A DNA stretch of 64,000 nt, taken from assembly GCA_963842945.1 (NCBI GenBank), contig CAWJIM010000023.1:160001-224000 (forward strand). Direction: 5' to 3'. The stretch comes from an uncultured Gemmatimonadales bacterium (GTDB lineage Bacteria; Gemmatimonadota; Gemmatimonadetes; Gemmatimonadales; GWC2-71-9). Position numbers and translations under genes: made by a program. Positions 22,120 to 33,958 of this stretch are shown here, piece after piece. The notes beneath the pieces were generated by a model, which worked only from the letters and a program-made list of their open reading frames with translations, ran no database searches and had not been told where the DNA came from. Position 1 is the first letter of the stretch, and each line of letters starts with the position of its first letter.

Positions 22120-23369
22120 CGGTTGGTCCCTCGCCGCGCACTGGGCGCCCCGATGGGACCCGGCCGGCCCCGCACCGGCCCGCGGAACTGAGGAGCACCG
22201 GCGTACTCCGGAGTTGGGGCCGCCGGCCGCCAGGCGAGCGAAGGCGCCCGGGCTAGTCCAACCAGGGCGGCGAGCACGAACCAGACGCTCTTTCGGTCGT
22301 CCCAGCTCAGCGGCAGCATGGCTACCGCAATGGTGGCGAGTAGCACCAGCGCAAAGCGGCGCTCCATCCCTCGCAGCCGCATCAGGGAGAGGAATACCGC
22401 GATAAACATGGTCAGGTATAACAAGAGCCCGATGAGGCCCTCTTCGACCAGCACGGAGAGATAGGAGTTGTGGGCCACCTGGGTGGCCGACCCCAGCTGC
22501 GGCATCACCGCGATCTTGAACGAGCCGCTGCCGTATCCGATCAGCGGCCGCTGGGCGAACGCGTTGATACCGGCCTTCCAGATTCGGAGGCGCCCGCCCA
22601 GGCTCATATCCTCCACTGCGGTCGTGGTGCTCGAGAGCCGGCTGACGATAGTCTGCGGGACGTAGGCCACCGCGACACCGCCCGAGATCGCCAGCAGAGC
22701 GATCGCGAGCGCCAGCTTTCCCGGCGAGAGTCGAGTCATGGTGAGTGGCACGATGAGGAGGGCCACAAGGCTTGCGATCATGCCGCCCCGCGACCCGGTG
22801 AGCGCGATGGCGAGGAGACCGATCGGGAGGTATCCCCGGCAGGCCCAGCGTATGATGGGCCGGTGATAGGTCATGCCGAGATACCACGCCATAGGGATGG
22901 CGGCGGCGAGCGTCATCGCCAGGTCATTGGGGTCTCCGCCGCCGCCGGCAAAGCGCCCGGCGGCGCCGCCCGCTCTGCGGTAGAGCAGGATGGTGTCCAG
23001 GGCCGAGACATAGGAGCCCAACACATACGCGCTCAGCAGCCCGATCAGCCGCGGGCGCGTGGGGGCAAGCTCCCAGATCATCCAGACCATCACCAGCAAC
23101 TGCACGAAGGTCCAGAATTTCCTGGGCATGACCGCCGGATTGTAGACAATCAGCAGCACGCCTGCGGCCCAGACTACGAATAGCAGCGCGGCGACATGGA
23201 AGACGTGCCACCGCCGAAACCGGCCGGATGTGACATTGAGCACCAGCGTCAGAGCAACCGCCACCGCACCGATCACCCGGCTGAATACGCCGACGCCGGG
23301 GATCACGATGAAGTTCTCCCAGGGCAGGGAGAAGACGAAGAACCAGACGGCGGCATAGCCAATCGACAT
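22116..23369 (-). CDS. O-antigen ligase / Wzy-type polymerase family membrane protein
   Basis: DPNDLA, LTGSRGG, RLRIWKAG, GYGSGSF, AHNSYLSVLVEEGLIG. Confidence 0.88.
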   Translation of the reverse strand: MSIGYAAVWFFVFSLPWENFIVIPGVGVFSRVIGAVAVALTLVLNVTSGRFRRWHVFHVAALLFVVWAAGVLLIVYNPAVMPRKFWTFVQLLVMVWMIWELAPTRPRLIGLLSAYVLGSYVSALDTILLYRRAGGAAGRFAGGGGDPNDLAMTLAAAIPMAWYLGMTYHRPIIRWACRGYLPIGLLAIALTGSRGGMIASLVALLIVPLTMTRLSPGKLALAIALLAISGGVAVAYVPQTIVSRLSSTTTAVEDMSLGGRLRIWKAGINAFAQRPLIGYGSGSFKIAVMPQLGSATQVAHNSYLSVLVEEGLIGLLLYLTMFIAVFLSLMRLRGMERRFALVLLATIAVAMLPLSWDDRKSVWFVLAALVGLARAPSLAWRPAAPTPEYAGAPQFRGPVRGRPGPIGAPSARRGTNR

Positions 23370-24469
23370 TAGGCTGTCTGCTCGATCACGCTGAGGTAAT
23401 GATCCACTGCTGCATCCATGGTGTATGGCTTGAGTGCATCCGGATCCACGGTATCTCCCGGCCGATCTAGCGCAGCTTCCATCGCGCCCGCCAGGGCGGC
23501 GGCGTCTCCCACCGGCACCAGCGCGCCCAAACGGCCATCCTGGAGAATTTCCCGCGGCCCACTAGGGCAATCGGTCGAGACCACCCGCGTGCCAGCAGCC
23601 AGCGCTTCGATCAGCACGGTAGGCAGTCCTTCCCACGCCGACGACAGCACGAACAGGGCTGAACGGGCCATGTAGGCCATCGCGTTCTGGAAGCCCGGCA
23701 GTGCCACATCCTGGGTCAGCTGCAGTTCTCCAATGAGGCGCTCCAAATCCGCCCGGTCTTCTCCCTCCCCCAGGATAATCAGGCGGGCCTCCCGGCGGCT
23801 CCGCAGCCGGGCAAAGGCGCGGATCAGCGTAGGAAAGTCCTTCTGCCGGGTGAGACGCCCCACTCCGAGAATCACCGGCGGCTGGCCCGGCTCTAGCCAG
23901 GGGTGGCCCGGCTCCTCCCGGGCGAGCGCCATGACGCTGCGGGTGATCACGGGATTGTACACCACCTCGACTTGACTGCGGGGAAAGCCGGAGGTGCGAG
24001 CCAGATCGTCAGCCGCTCCGCGGGACACTGCGACCACACTGCTGGCCCAGGGATAAAAACGCCGCAGCAGGATGGGCCACAGATTTCGCGAAACCACGTT
24101 CTCATGCTGGTTGGCCTGCGACATCGTGTTGTGCTCGGTGACCACCACGGGAGTGACCCGGCCGGCCAACCGCGCAGCCCAGAGCGCCACCAGATTCGCG
24201 TGGCTCATCGACGACACCAGCACTCGCGGGCGTTCGCGTCTCAGGTAGTCCGCCAGCGGGCGGAGACTCCCCAGCAGGCGGCGAGCGCCGAGATCCACCA
24301 TTCGCACTGCCGGTGGAAGGCTCTGCAGGAATACGCCGTCGGCCTCGGCGAGCACCAGATCGACGGGATGGCCCCGCTCAGCGATGCCTTCGACCAGATT
24401 CACCACCACCCGCTGGGCCCCTCCACCGCGGACCGCAGGCAAGAAGAAGGCAATGCGACCGTTCTTCAT
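23369..24469 (-). CDS. Glycosyltransferase family 4
   Basis: GGGAQRVVVNL, GRLTRQKDF, SSAWEGLPTVLIEALAAG. Confidence 0.93.
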   Translation of the reverse strand: MKNGRIAFFLPAVRGGGAQRVVVNLVEGIAERGHPVDLVLAEADGVFLQSLPPAVRMVDLGARRLLGSLRPLADYLRRERPRVLVSSMSHANLVALWAARLAGRVTPVVVTEHNTMSQANQHENVVSRNLWPILLRRFYPWASSVVAVSRGAADDLARTSGFPRSQVEVVYNPVITRSVMALAREEPGHPWLEPGQPPVILGVGRLTRQKDFPTLIRAFARLRSRREARLIILGEGEDRADLERLIGELQLTQDVALPGFQNAMAYMARSALFVLSSAWEGLPTVLIEALAAGTRVVSTDCPSGPREILQDGRLGALVPVGDAAALAGAMEAALDRPGDTVDPDALKPYTMDAAVDHYLSVIEQTA

Positions 24470-24473
24470 CGGC

Positions 24474-25361
24474 TCATGCCCAATCGAACTCTTCCCCCAA
24501 CCACCGGTATAGCTCCCGATTATGGGGCTCGAAGTAGCTGGCCAGCCGGGCTCGCAACTCGGGAGGCAAACCGGAATCGTAGTTCCCAACCAGAAATGGC
24601 CGATATTGTTCCAGGCGGTGCGAGTCGAGTCCAAGAAACCGGTACACGGCCGCGGTTGCGCCGACAGGGTCGCGAAACAGTCGCTCACTCTGCAGGACCA
24701 GAAGCTGCTCCCGGGGAAAATGCTGGGTCCAGCGGCGCAGCTGCTCGAGGTAGAGGCCACGCCGCAGGTACGAGTAGCGGTGGTGATTGAAGCTGTAATA
24801 CTCGGGGTCGCTCTGAAGCCGCTCCTCTTCGCCGGCCAGACGCTCAGGCTCCTGATCGAGCGCGTCCGCAAAGGACAGCGGCTCCCGGCCGTAGCGCACC
24901 TCGTGCTGGTAGTGCGAAAGCGCGCGGTCCACCGGGTTCCGGAGCACCGCGATGAGCCTGGTGTCGGGGAGCAGCTGCGCCGCGCGCGCGGGCACCTGCG
25001 GATGGATCAGGTAATAGGGTGAAGCATCGAGCGTCAGCTTGCCCTCGCCGAGCCGCTGCCGATACGGAAAGTGCCGGCGATACCAGTTCACGCCGCGGTC
25101 GTAGTTGAAATCGAAGTAATGGATCTCTTTCCCTAGCGGCGCCAGCACTCGGGGGTGCTGCGCCAGGTAATGGAAAAGCGATGTAGTCCCGCTCTTCTGG
25201 GCGCCGATGATGAGTAGGCTGGGGAACCCCCGCAGGGACGCCGTCAGCTGCCGGTACTCGGCCCGAAGCCAGCGCAGCGGCTGCTTGGCCTGCCCCATGA
25301 GCCCACGGGGGCGAGCCCGGCCAGGCACCGGCCGGCGGGAAGCAACAGGCGCCATCGTCAC
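24474..25361 (-). CDS. PAPS-dependent sulfotransferase (heparan-sulfate sulfotransferase-like)
   Basis: 5'-PSB loop IIGAQKSGTTSL, KEIHYFD, DASPYY, 3'-PB LRNPVDRALSHY. Confidence 0.92.
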   Translation of the reverse strand: MTMAPVASRRPVPGRARPRGLMGQAKQPLRWLRAEYRQLTASLRGFPSLLIIGAQKSGTTSLFHYLAQHPRVLAPLGKEIHYFDFNYDRGVNWYRRHFPYRQRLGEGKLTLDASPYYLIHPQVPARAAQLLPDTRLIAVLRNPVDRALSHYQHEVRYGREPLSFADALDQEPERLAGEEERLQSDPEYYSFNHHRYSYLRRGLYLEQLRRWTQHFPREQLLVLQSERLFRDPVGATAAVYRFLGLDSHRLEQYRPFLVGNYDSGLPPELRARLASYFEPHNRELYRWLGEEFDWA

Positions 25362-26959
25362 TTGGTGTTCACCCTCCCGGCTGGCGCGTAGCTCCGGCCA
25401 GAGCGGTCGACCTGGGCGAGGTGCCGGCCGCGACGGATCAACTCACTCGCCCGCTTCCAGGCCCACTTGCCGTGGGGCCCCAGGAAGACCTCGGGGCGAA
25501 GCCTGCTGGCCAGCACGGTAACCGCGCCAGCAGTGATGCCAGCGACCAACAACACGGGGATCTTGCCCAAGCTGGCGGCACGGGCGGCCTGGGCCGCAGC
25601 TAATGTGGCACCCCCGAGGACCGTTGCGAGCAGCGCCGCCGGCGCGTGAGCATTGACGAACCGGGTCCATGACAGGCCGGTGACCGAACGGCCCAGCCAC
25701 GCCATAGTCAACCAGTTAATGCCCATGGCGATTGATACGGCGACCGCGACTCCTCCCACTCCCCAGCGCTGTCCAATGAGCGCGCCCAGGACCACCATGG
25801 CGGCGTAGACGCCCTGGATTACCGCCCTAGAGTACACGGCACCGGCAGCCTTGGTGCAGGCATCGCTGATCTTGCTGCTCATCCGGAAGAGCAGCCTAAA
25901 GGTGAACAATCGAAACGGCAGTACGACGGCGGCCCACGCGGGCCCCAGCAGGACCGGGATGAACTCCGGGGCGACTACCCAGAGGAAAGCACTGACCGGC
26001 AGCGAGACCAGGCCACGATCGCCAGCGCGCGCTCGTACGCACCGGCCAGCCGCTCCGGTTCGTCCTGAACCTGCGCCATGACTGGAAACAGCACCCGATT
26101 CACAATTTTTCCGAATACCGTCGCGGGCATGACCATGAGGCTGTACGCGCGGCCGTAGATCCCGAGCGCGGCCGGCCCGAGCCACCGGCCGACAACCAGG
26201 TTGTCGCCCTGCTGCGAGAGCACGGTTCCGACCTGAGCCAGCGAGTGCCCGAGCCCGAAGCTGAGCAGGTCACGGCTGGCCTGCCGGTTGAAGCTCGGGC
26301 CACACCGGATGACGGGTGGCCAGGTACATGCTGACGGTGCGCAAGGTGACCTGCGCGAGATTCGCGGCGACGAGGGCCCACACGCCATAGCCGAGCCAGG
26401 CGAGGAGCGACGCCCACGCAGGCGTAGCCGATGACATAGCTGGCGAGATCGAGCGCGACGTAGAGCCGGAACCGGAGCTGCCGCGTGAGCAGCGACTCGC
26501 CGACCGTATTCAGGCCGTCGATCGGGAACAGGAGGGCGATGCCGCGGAGCACCGGCTCCAACGCGGGAATCCGGTAGAACGCGCTCAGTGCCGGCGCGCC
26601 AGCCACACGGCGACTCCCAGCGTGGACCCAGGACGCAGGAGATGGTGACGGCCGCGCGGATGTGGGTGCGCTCGAGATCCCGCCGCTGCACGATGGCGGG
26701 CCCGACGCCAACCTGGGAGACGATCTGGGAAAGCGCGATGATGACCGTCGCCGCGCCCATGAGCCCAATTCCGCCGGGGTGAGCAGCCGGCCCAGGGCCA
26801 TGATGACCAGCAACTGCACCACGCCTGCACGCCGGTGCCGCTGAAGGTCCAGAACATGCCGCCTAACGCCTGCTCGGTCAGTCCGCGAGGCGCGCCACGA
26901 GAGCGCCCGCGGCCCTGGTCCTCGGCTCCGGGCTGCTCCGGCTGGTCCTGCGGTCTCAC
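25358..26959 (-). CDS. Wzx-type polysaccharide flippase (frameshifted)
   Basis: LGRLLTPAE.G, VGPAIVQR, DNLVVGRWLGPAALGIYGRAY, VLFPVMA. Confidence 0.9.
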
Positions 26960-27031
26960 GCGTGTGCTCCGGAGAGGCGCGAGAGAGGCATGGTGCGGCC
27001 AGGTCGTTCGCGCGGGCAGGGCCGGCGTGCC

Positions 27032-27956
27032 CTACTGCGCGACGGTCTGCCGGAACCGGCTCAGCGCCAGGTGAGGCGTCGTAGCCGTACCGCTGGAGAT
27101 CCTCGCTGCAGCAGGTCGTCCAGAATGGCCTGCTGCACCGGAGTGAGGTCGTCGCGCCAGCGGTTGCTCGTGCTCGCGGATCGAGGCCGCCTTCACCTGC
27201 TCGCTCGAATTCGGCGGACCACGGGCAGCTCGGCGAATTCCAGCACTCGCCGAAAGGTCTCCAGCGGCTGCTCGCAGAAGGCCTCGTACTTCACCTCGAG
27301 GAACAGCTTCGGGTCCAGCGGCCCGGCGAGCCGCTTCCATCGCCCGCATCTGGATACGCCACTCGATCCCGGCGAGCGCGGTGAAGGAGCGGTCGTAGCT
27401 CTCCCAGATGGCCTGGTCCTCCGGAGAGAGGAGTCCCGCCCGCCACCCCTGGGGCCCGTACCAGCCCCGCCAGAAACCCGACGTGCAGCAGCGAGTCGGC
27501 CACCGCGCGGCCGTCGCGTAGAATGTGGATGAACTTCGCGTCCTCGAAGATCTCGTTGAGGAAGCCGATGCGGGGCCAGCCGGTGATCTTGACCAGCAGC
27601 CGGTTGCGCTCGGGCGTGAGCATCGGCCTCGAGGGCGGCCCGGACCTGTTTCTTGACTCTGGCGCTCACGTCGGAGCGCACCAGATCGCGGCAAGGCTCG
27701 GAGAACCCGTAGGCGTAGCGGTCCCAGAAGCCGATAAGCTTCTGCCGGGGCGGATCTTTCCGCCGAGACCGCCGTTGAGCAGCGGATTGCCCACCGCCGT
27801 GACCGCCCAGCGGTTCCAGGCCGGCTTGTCAGGGAACCGGTGGGCGAAACCGGAGAGCCACATCAGCTGGGGATGGGTGGCGAGCAGCCGGTGAAACAGA
27901 GTCGAGCCGCAGCGCCCGGTTCCGACGATAAAGATGGGCTTGGTGATCTGCATCAT
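27032..27956 (-). CDS. Sulfotransferase (frameshifted)
   Basis: PIFIVGTGRCGSTL, AKFIHILRDGRAVADS, EVKYEAFC. Confidence 0.88.
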
Positions 27957-28264
27957 TGGTCCGTAGTCCCTGTCTGAATCACCCCTGAAATCACGGTGCC
28001 TCAGGCCACCTGATCACGACCTGAGGCCCGCTGTAGGGCCTGGGCTAGCACGATCCATGCCTTGGGCGGCAAAGTGCGGGTGGCGCTTGACCCCTCTGCT
28101 TGCGCAGGGCAATCTACCCACCGGCCTGGGGGAACGGCACCGGCGATGTGGCTGGTAGAACCGGTGTTGCCGGGCGAAGCGCCGCTAGTGTAGCGCATGC
28201 GCGACATTCCTCCCGGTCGGGCCGGGGGGGTCGGCCTGGGACAGGACAGGGGGAGGACGGGACG

Positions 28265-29184
28265 GTGCAACAACCTGGACCGCAGAAGCCCAACTTCTTC
28301 ATCGTCGGCGCGCCTAAGTGCGGCACCACCGCGCTGTACGAGTATCTCCGGCCCCACCCGAACATCTTCATGTCTTCGGTGAAAGAGCCGCACTTCTTCG
28401 CCAAGGATTTGGGCAGCTATCCGCGGATCAAGACGCCGGAGGACTACCTGGCGATTTTCGCCGGGACCGGGCCGGACCATCTTCGGGTGGGGGAGGCATC
28501 GGTTTACTACCTGCGGTCAGCGGTTGCCATCGCGAATATCCGCGCAGTTCAACCCCGAAGCCAAACTCATCGCCATGTTCCGCAACCCGGTCGACATGGT
28601 GCATTCCTTCCACTCGCAGCTGCTGTTTGTCGCGCGAGGAGAACGTCAGCGACTTCGAGACCGCGTGGCGACTGCAGGAACGCCGGCGCGAAGGGGTGGA
28701 GCTGCCACCCCGGTCTCGCGGACATTTTCTGCTCCAGTATGCGGAGCTGGGCAGCTTCGGGAGCCAGACCGAACGGATGCTAACCAGCTTCCCCCGGGAG
28801 CAGGTAAAGCTGATTCTGTACGACGACTTCACCGCCTCACCCCAGCGAGTGTACGACGATGTAATCGACTTCCTCGGGATTCCCCACGATCAACGCACTG
28901 ACTTTCCCCGGATCAACGAGAACAAGAAGGCTAAGTCCGATTGGCTCCGGCGATTCACCCGCAAGCCCCCGCCGGTTGTGCGGAGCGCCTTCCGAAGCCT
29001 GAAGCAGGTAGTGGGAGGAGAGGCCCTGGGCGCGATGACCCGGAAGATCGTGGCCTTGAATACCGCGAGGGAGCGGCGGCCGCCGCTCGCCCCGGCGTTC
29101 CGGGCACAGCTGGTGGAGGCGTTCAGCGATGAGGTAGCATTGCTGTCCCGCTTGATCGAGCGGGACTTGAGCCACTGGCGCTGA
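28265..29184 (+). CDS. Sulfotransferase (frameshifted)
   Basis: PNFFIVGAPKCGTTAL, KEPHFF, GEASVYYL, RNPVDMVHS. Confidence 0.9.
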
Positions 29185-29200
29185 TCAGCGCGGCGCTGCG

Positions 29201-30077
29201 TTACAGCCAGTGTTCCAGGCTGCGGCCAATCAGCTCCGATGTCCGGCCGATATCATCCCTGAAATGTCCGGTAAGCTCGCGCCTGAGATCCGGTGGGAGT
29301 GAAGGCGCCTGCCGCAGGTTTCGGCTGCGCAGCCGCTTGACCCAATTGATTGCCTGCTTGGGCACCCAGGGGACGTACCACCTTGCTGATGGCGCTGGTG
29401 GTAAATAACCCCTCCAGGACCCTGCTCGCCGGCATTCCCCCCATGGCGTGCGGGGTCTCGAAGTCGGGAACGAAGCCGGAATCGATGCCCAGCCAGCGAT
29501 AGACCCGCTGCACCGCGCCGGCAGGATTGGTCTTGAAGTCGTCGAACAGCATGACGTGAATCTGGTCTCGCGGAAAGGCCGCGAAGTATCGCGCGAGCTG
29601 CTGGTAGTAGCGGCTGACCTCCATCCAGCGCGAATCGGGACGGGCCCATTCGGCCGCCCGGGTCAGCTGGCGATCGGGATCGAACACCCGCCCCCGCCGG
29701 CGAAGGTACATCAAATAGTCGGAGTAGGCCCGGTCCACTGGATGGCGAATGCTGCAGATGAGCCGAACGTCGGGCAACCGGTTGCGGATCCGAGCCGCGG
29801 CCTGAGGGCACTCCAGATAGAGAGGCGACGCCTCTCCCACCGCCCGCGCGCCTCCGGCACGGTTGAAGAGCTGCTCGTATTCCTCGAGTGTCTTGACCGG
29901 AAAGCGATGGACGTCGGGATCGCCGTAGAGCAGGTTACCGCCCTCGTCTACCCCATAGGCGAAGTAGTTGGTCTCCTTGACCGGACTCATGAAGACGTCC
30001 GGGTGTTCCTCCAAATACCAGTACAGCGCGGTGGTGCCGGCCTTCGCTGCGCCGATCACAATGAAGTTCGGAAGCAC
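29201..30077 (-). CDS. Sulfotransferase (frameshifted near the 3' end)
   Basis: PNFIVIGAAKAGTTAL, KETNYF, GEASPLYL, RHPVDRAYS. Confidence 0.92.
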
Positions 30078-30095
30078 GTGCGGCGTTGCTCTCCA

Positions 30096-31160
30096 TCAGG
30101 TCGGTTGGGCAAAGACTCGAACACTGGTGGGAGAGACGAACACCCGCTCCCCTCTCCGCAGACCCAGGGACTCAAATCTAGCCCGGGGGACGTGGGCCTC
30201 GATGGTCCTGCCCCCGTCCACCAGATCCAGCTCCAGCCGCACCATCGGGCCAAAGGCACGAATGTGCCGGACCACTGCCTCCAGCGAGGAGGGACCCGAG
30301 GCGAAAGCGCCCAGCTCCACGTCGTAGGTGCGGACGTAAGCCACGCCGGCTTGATCGGACACGTGGGCCCATTCCGGGGCCTCCAGCTCGTTCTCCCCGA
30401 TGTTCACGTGGCCCTGGTGGATCCGGCCATGGAACAGGTTCACGTCGCCCAGGAAGCCGTAGACGAAGGGCGTTGCAGGCCGGTCGTAGACCTCTTCCGG
30501 CGTTCCGCTCTGCTCGACTCGGCCTTCGTTCATGATGACGACCCGATCGGACACCTCGAGCGCTTCCTCCTGATCGTGGGTCACGAACACGCTGGTGACG
30601 TGCACTTCCTCGTGCAGACGCCGGAGCCAGCGGCGCAGCTCCTTCCGCACCTTGGCATCGAGCGCGCCGAACGGCTCGTCCAGCAGGAGCACCTTGGGTT
30701 TAACGGCAAGGGCCCGCGCCAGCGCGACCCGCTGCCGCTGCCCGCCGGACAGCTCGGAGGGACGGCGGTCGGCCAGCACATCGAGCTGAACCAGGCTCAG
30801 CAATCCCATCACCGTCTCCCGGATCTCCCGTTCCGGTGGCCGGACCCTGCGGGGCCGGACCCTGAGCCCGAAGGCCACGTTCTCGAAGACGCTCATGTGC
30901 CGGAACAGGGCGTAGTGCTGAAAGACGAAGCCCACCTGCCGCTCACGCACCGGACGGTCGGTCGCGTTCTCGCCGTGGAAGAGGATGGTTCCCTGATCGG
31001 CCGGCTCCAATCCGGCGATGATCCGGAGCAGGGTGGTCTTCCCGGACCCGGAAGGGCCCAGTAACGCTACCAGCTCGCCGCCGGGAACGTCGAGGCTCAC
31101 GTTGTCGAGAGCGACGAAGTTGCCGAAGGTCTTGCGCAGGTTGCGGACCTCGATGCTCAT
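30096..31160 (-). CDS. cysA: Sulfate ABC transporter ATP-binding subunit
   Basis: [50 protein letters not shown]. Confidence 0.96.
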   Translation of the reverse strand: MSIEVRNLRKTFGNFVALDNVSLDVPGGELVALLGPSGSGKTTLLRIIAGLEPADQGTILFHGENATDRPVRERQVGFVFQHYALFRHMSVFENVAFGLRVRPRRVRPPEREIRETVMGLLSLVQLDVLADRRPSELSGGQRQRVALARALAVKPKVLLLDEPFGALDAKVRKELRRWLRRLHEEVHVTSVFVTHDQEEALEVSDRVVIMNEGRVEQSGTPEEVYDRPATPFVYGFLGDVNLFHGRIHQGHVNIGENELEAPEWAHVSDQAGVAYVRTYDVELGAFASGPSSLEAVVRHIRAFGPMVRLELDLVDGGRTIEAHVPRARFESLGLRRGERVFVSPTSVRVFAQPT

Positions 31161-32071
31161 GCTGCCATCCTTTCAGGGGTGGACTCGGCGTCCGCGACAT
31201 CGTGGACGGAGCGCCGCTGGTACCATTCAACCAGCGTCTTGAGGGCGAGCGTGACCAGCGCGAGCAGCGTGAGCACCGAGGCGACGGCGAAGCTGGCCGC
31301 GAAGGCGTACTCGTTGTACAGGATCTCGACGTGGAGCGGCAGGGTGTTGGTCTGCCCCCGGATGTGCCCCGACACCACCGACACCGCGCCAAACTCCCCC
31401 ATTGCGCGGGCGTTGCAGAGAATCAGGCCGTAGAGCAAACCCCATTTGATATTCGGCAGCGTCACCCGAAAGAAGGTCTGCCAGCCGCCGGCGCCCAGCA
31501 CGATGGCGGCTTCCTCCTCGTCGGTGCCCTGCTCCTGCATCAACGGGATCAGCTCCCGGGCCACGAAGGGCGAGGTGATGAATGTCGTGGCCAGGACGAT
31601 GCCGGGAACCGCAAAGATGATCTTGATGTCGTGCTCCATCAGCCAGGGACCGAACCAGCCGTGGGCTCCGAAGAGAAGCACGAAGATCATGCCCGAGATT
31701 ACCGGCGACACTGCAAACGGCAGGTCGATCAGGGTGATCAGCAGGTTCTTCCCGGGAAAGTCGAACTTGGTGATGCACCAGGCCGCAGCCACCCCGAAGA
31801 TCAGGTTGACCGGAACGGCAATCGACGCGATCAGCAGCGTCAGCTTGGCCGCGCTGAGGGCGTCGGGCTCGGTGATGGCCTGCCAGTAAACGGAGAACCC
31901 CTTGGAGAACGCCTGGGCAAAGACCAGCACCAGGGGTAGCGCCAAGGTGAACGCCAGGAACGCGAGGGCCAGGGAAGTCAGGGTCCAGCGCACCGCGCGA
32001 GACTCTCCGGTCGCCCGGGCGATTGCGCGGGGCGCCGTGGTGGCCGGCCGAGGTACCGCGATGCTGGTCAT
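31157..32071 (-). CDS. cysW: Sulfate ABC transporter permease
   Basis: [40 protein letters not shown]. Confidence 0.96.
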   Translation of the reverse strand: MTSIAVPRPATTAPRAIARATGESRAVRWTLTSLALAFLAFTLALPLVLVFAQAFSKGFSVYWQAITEPDALSAAKLTLLIASIAVPVNLIFGVAAAWCITKFDFPGKNLLITLIDLPFAVSPVISGMIFVLLFGAHGWFGPWLMEHDIKIIFAVPGIVLATTFITSPFVARELIPLMQEQGTDEEEAAIVLGAGGWQTFFRVTLPNIKWGLLYGLILCNARAMGEFGAVSVVSGHIRGQTNTLPLHVEILYNEYAFAASFAVASVLTLLALVTLALKTLVEWYQRRSVHDVADAESTPERMAA

Positions 32072-32075
32072 GGTC

Positions 32076-32903
32076 TCACGCCGCCATGCGGCGACGCGCC
32101 GCCCACTGCAGAAGGTTGATGGTGAGCAGGAGCAGGAATGAAGCGAGCAGCATCACCACCGCAACGGCCGTTGCCCCGGCATAGTCGTACTGCTCCAGCT
32201 TGGTGATGATCAGCAGGGGCACGATCTCGGTCTTCATCGGCATGTTGCCCGAGATGAACACCACTGAGCCGTATTCGCCAATGGCCCGGGCAAACGCCAG
32301 CGCAAATCCGGTCAGCAGCGCCGGCGCCACGGTGGGAAATACTACCCGGGCAAATGTCTGCCAGCGTCCCGCGCCGAGACTGGCAGCCGCCTCTTCTACT
32401 TCGAGCTCGAGGTCGTCAAGCACCGGTTGTACCGTCCGCACCACGAAGGGCAGGCCGATGAAGATCAGGGCAACCGTGATGCCGACCCAGGTATACGAGA
32501 CCTTGAGGCCCAGAGGCTCGAGATAACGGCCGAGCCAGCCATTGGTGGCGTAGAGCGTGGTCAGCGCAATGCCGGCCACGGCGGTGGGAAGAGCGAAGGG
32601 CAGGTCGACCATCGCATCCACCAGCCGGCGGCCGGGAAAGCGATAGCGAACCAAAACCCACGCCACCAGCAGTCCAAACACGGTGTTGACCAGCGCCGCC
32701 AGGAATGAGGCGCCGAAGGTAACCCGGTAGGAGGCCAGCACCCGGGGATTCGTAATCGTGGACCAGAACGAATCCCAGGAGAGATCGGTTGTCCGGACGA
32801 ACGTCGTCGCCAGGGGAAGCAGCACGATCAGGCTCAAGTAGGTGCAGGTTATCCCCAGAGACAAACCAAAGCCCGGGAGAACGCTGCGGGATTTCTGCTT
32901 CAT
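32076..32903 (-). CDS. cysT: Sulfate ABC transporter permease
   Basis: [36 protein letters not shown]. Confidence 0.96.
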   Translation of the reverse strand: MKQKSRSVLPGFGLSLGITCTYLSLIVLLPLATTFVRTTDLSWDSFWSTITNPRVLASYRVTFGASFLAALVNTVFGLLVAWVLVRYRFPGRRLVDAMVDLPFALPTAVAGIALTTLYATNGWLGRYLEPLGLKVSYTWVGITVALIFIGLPFVVRTVQPVLDDLELEVEEAAASLGAGRWQTFARVVFPTVAPALLTGFALAFARAIGEYGSVVFISGNMPMKTEIVPLLIITKLEQYDYAGATAVAVVMLLASFLLLLTINLLQWAARRRMAA

Positions 32904-32931
32904 TACTGCCCCCTGTTCCGTGGTAGCGACA

Positions 32932-33942
32932 TCACTGCCCCGGCTGGTAGATCTGGTCGAAGGAGGCGCCGTCGGCGAAATGGGCGGCTTGCGCCTTCTT
33001 CCAGCCACCGAAGGACTCATCCACCGTTACTAGCGTCATCTTGGGAAACTGATTGGCGTACTTCGCCGCCACCGTCGGCATCCTCGGCCGATAGAAGTGA
33101 CGCGCGGCGGTCTCCTGCCCCTCGGGAGTGTACAGGTACTCGAGGTAGGCGCGGGCCACCTCAGTGGTTCCATGCTTCCCCGCGACCTTGTCCACCACCG
33201 CCACCGGTGGTTCGGCCAGAATGCTGAGTGAGGGGGCCACCACCTCGAACTTGCCCTGTCCCAGCTCCTTCATGGCGAGCAGGGCCTCGTTTTCCCAGGC
33301 GATGAGCACATCACCGATGCCTCGCTCCACGAAGGTGGTGGTGGACCCGCGGGCTCCGGCATCGAGCACGGGCACGTTCTTGTACAGACGGGAGACGAAA
33401 TCCTTGGCCTTGGCTTCGTTGCCGCCCGGCTGACGCAACGCCCATGCCCAGGCAGCGAGGTAGTTCCAGCGGGCGCCACCCGAGGTCTTGGGGTTGGGCG
33501 TGATCACCGACACGCCGGGCTTGGCCAGGTCGCCCCAGTCGCGGATGCCCTTGGGGTTTCCCTTTCGCACCAGCAGGACAATGGTGGACGTATAGGGTGA
33601 GCTGTTGTCCGGAAGGCGCTTCTGCCAATCGCCGGAAATGGTTCCCGCCTTATCGGCGATCTGGTCGATGTCGTAGGCCAGCGCCAGCGTCACCACGTCG
33701 GCCTCCAGCCCATCGATCACCGAGCGGGCCTGCTTGCCGGAACCGCCGTGAGACTGACGGATGGTCACGTCCTGCCCGGTCTTGTTCTTCCAGTAGGCGG
33801 CGAACTCCTTGTTGAAGTCTTCGTACAGCTCCCTGGTGGGATCGTACGACACGTTGAGCAAGGTCACCGGCTTCGGGGCCGGAGGCGGCCCGAAGGGTAC
33901 GACCGATCCGGCAAGTAGCAGAGTGAACGCAAACGTCTTCAT
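32932..33942 (-). CDS. sbp: Sulfate-binding periplasmic protein
   Basis: [43 protein letters not shown]. Confidence 0.95.
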   Translation of the reverse strand: MKTFAFTLLLAGSVVPFGPPPAPKPVTLLNVSYDPTRELYEDFNKEFAAYWKNKTGQDVTIRQSHGGSGKQARSVIDGLEADVVTLALAYDIDQIADKAGTISGDWQKRLPDNSSPYTSTIVLLVRKGNPKGIRDWGDLAKPGVSVITPNPKTSGGARWNYLAAWAWALRQPGGNEAKAKDFVSRLYKNVPVLDAGARGSTTTFVERGIGDVLIAWENEALLAMKELGQGKFEVVAPSLSILAEPPVAVVDKVAGKHGTTEVARAYLEYLYTPEGQETAARHFYRPRMPTVAAKYANQFPKMTLVTVDESFGGWKKAQAAHFADGASFDQIYQPGQ

Positions 33943-33958
33943 GGGTAGAAACCTTGGC

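Noticed and set aside
29448..31064. Long antisense ORFs (also 38753-40540, 19387-20475, 51729-53030)
   Set aside because: Shadow ORFs opposite well-supported genes, expected at high GC.
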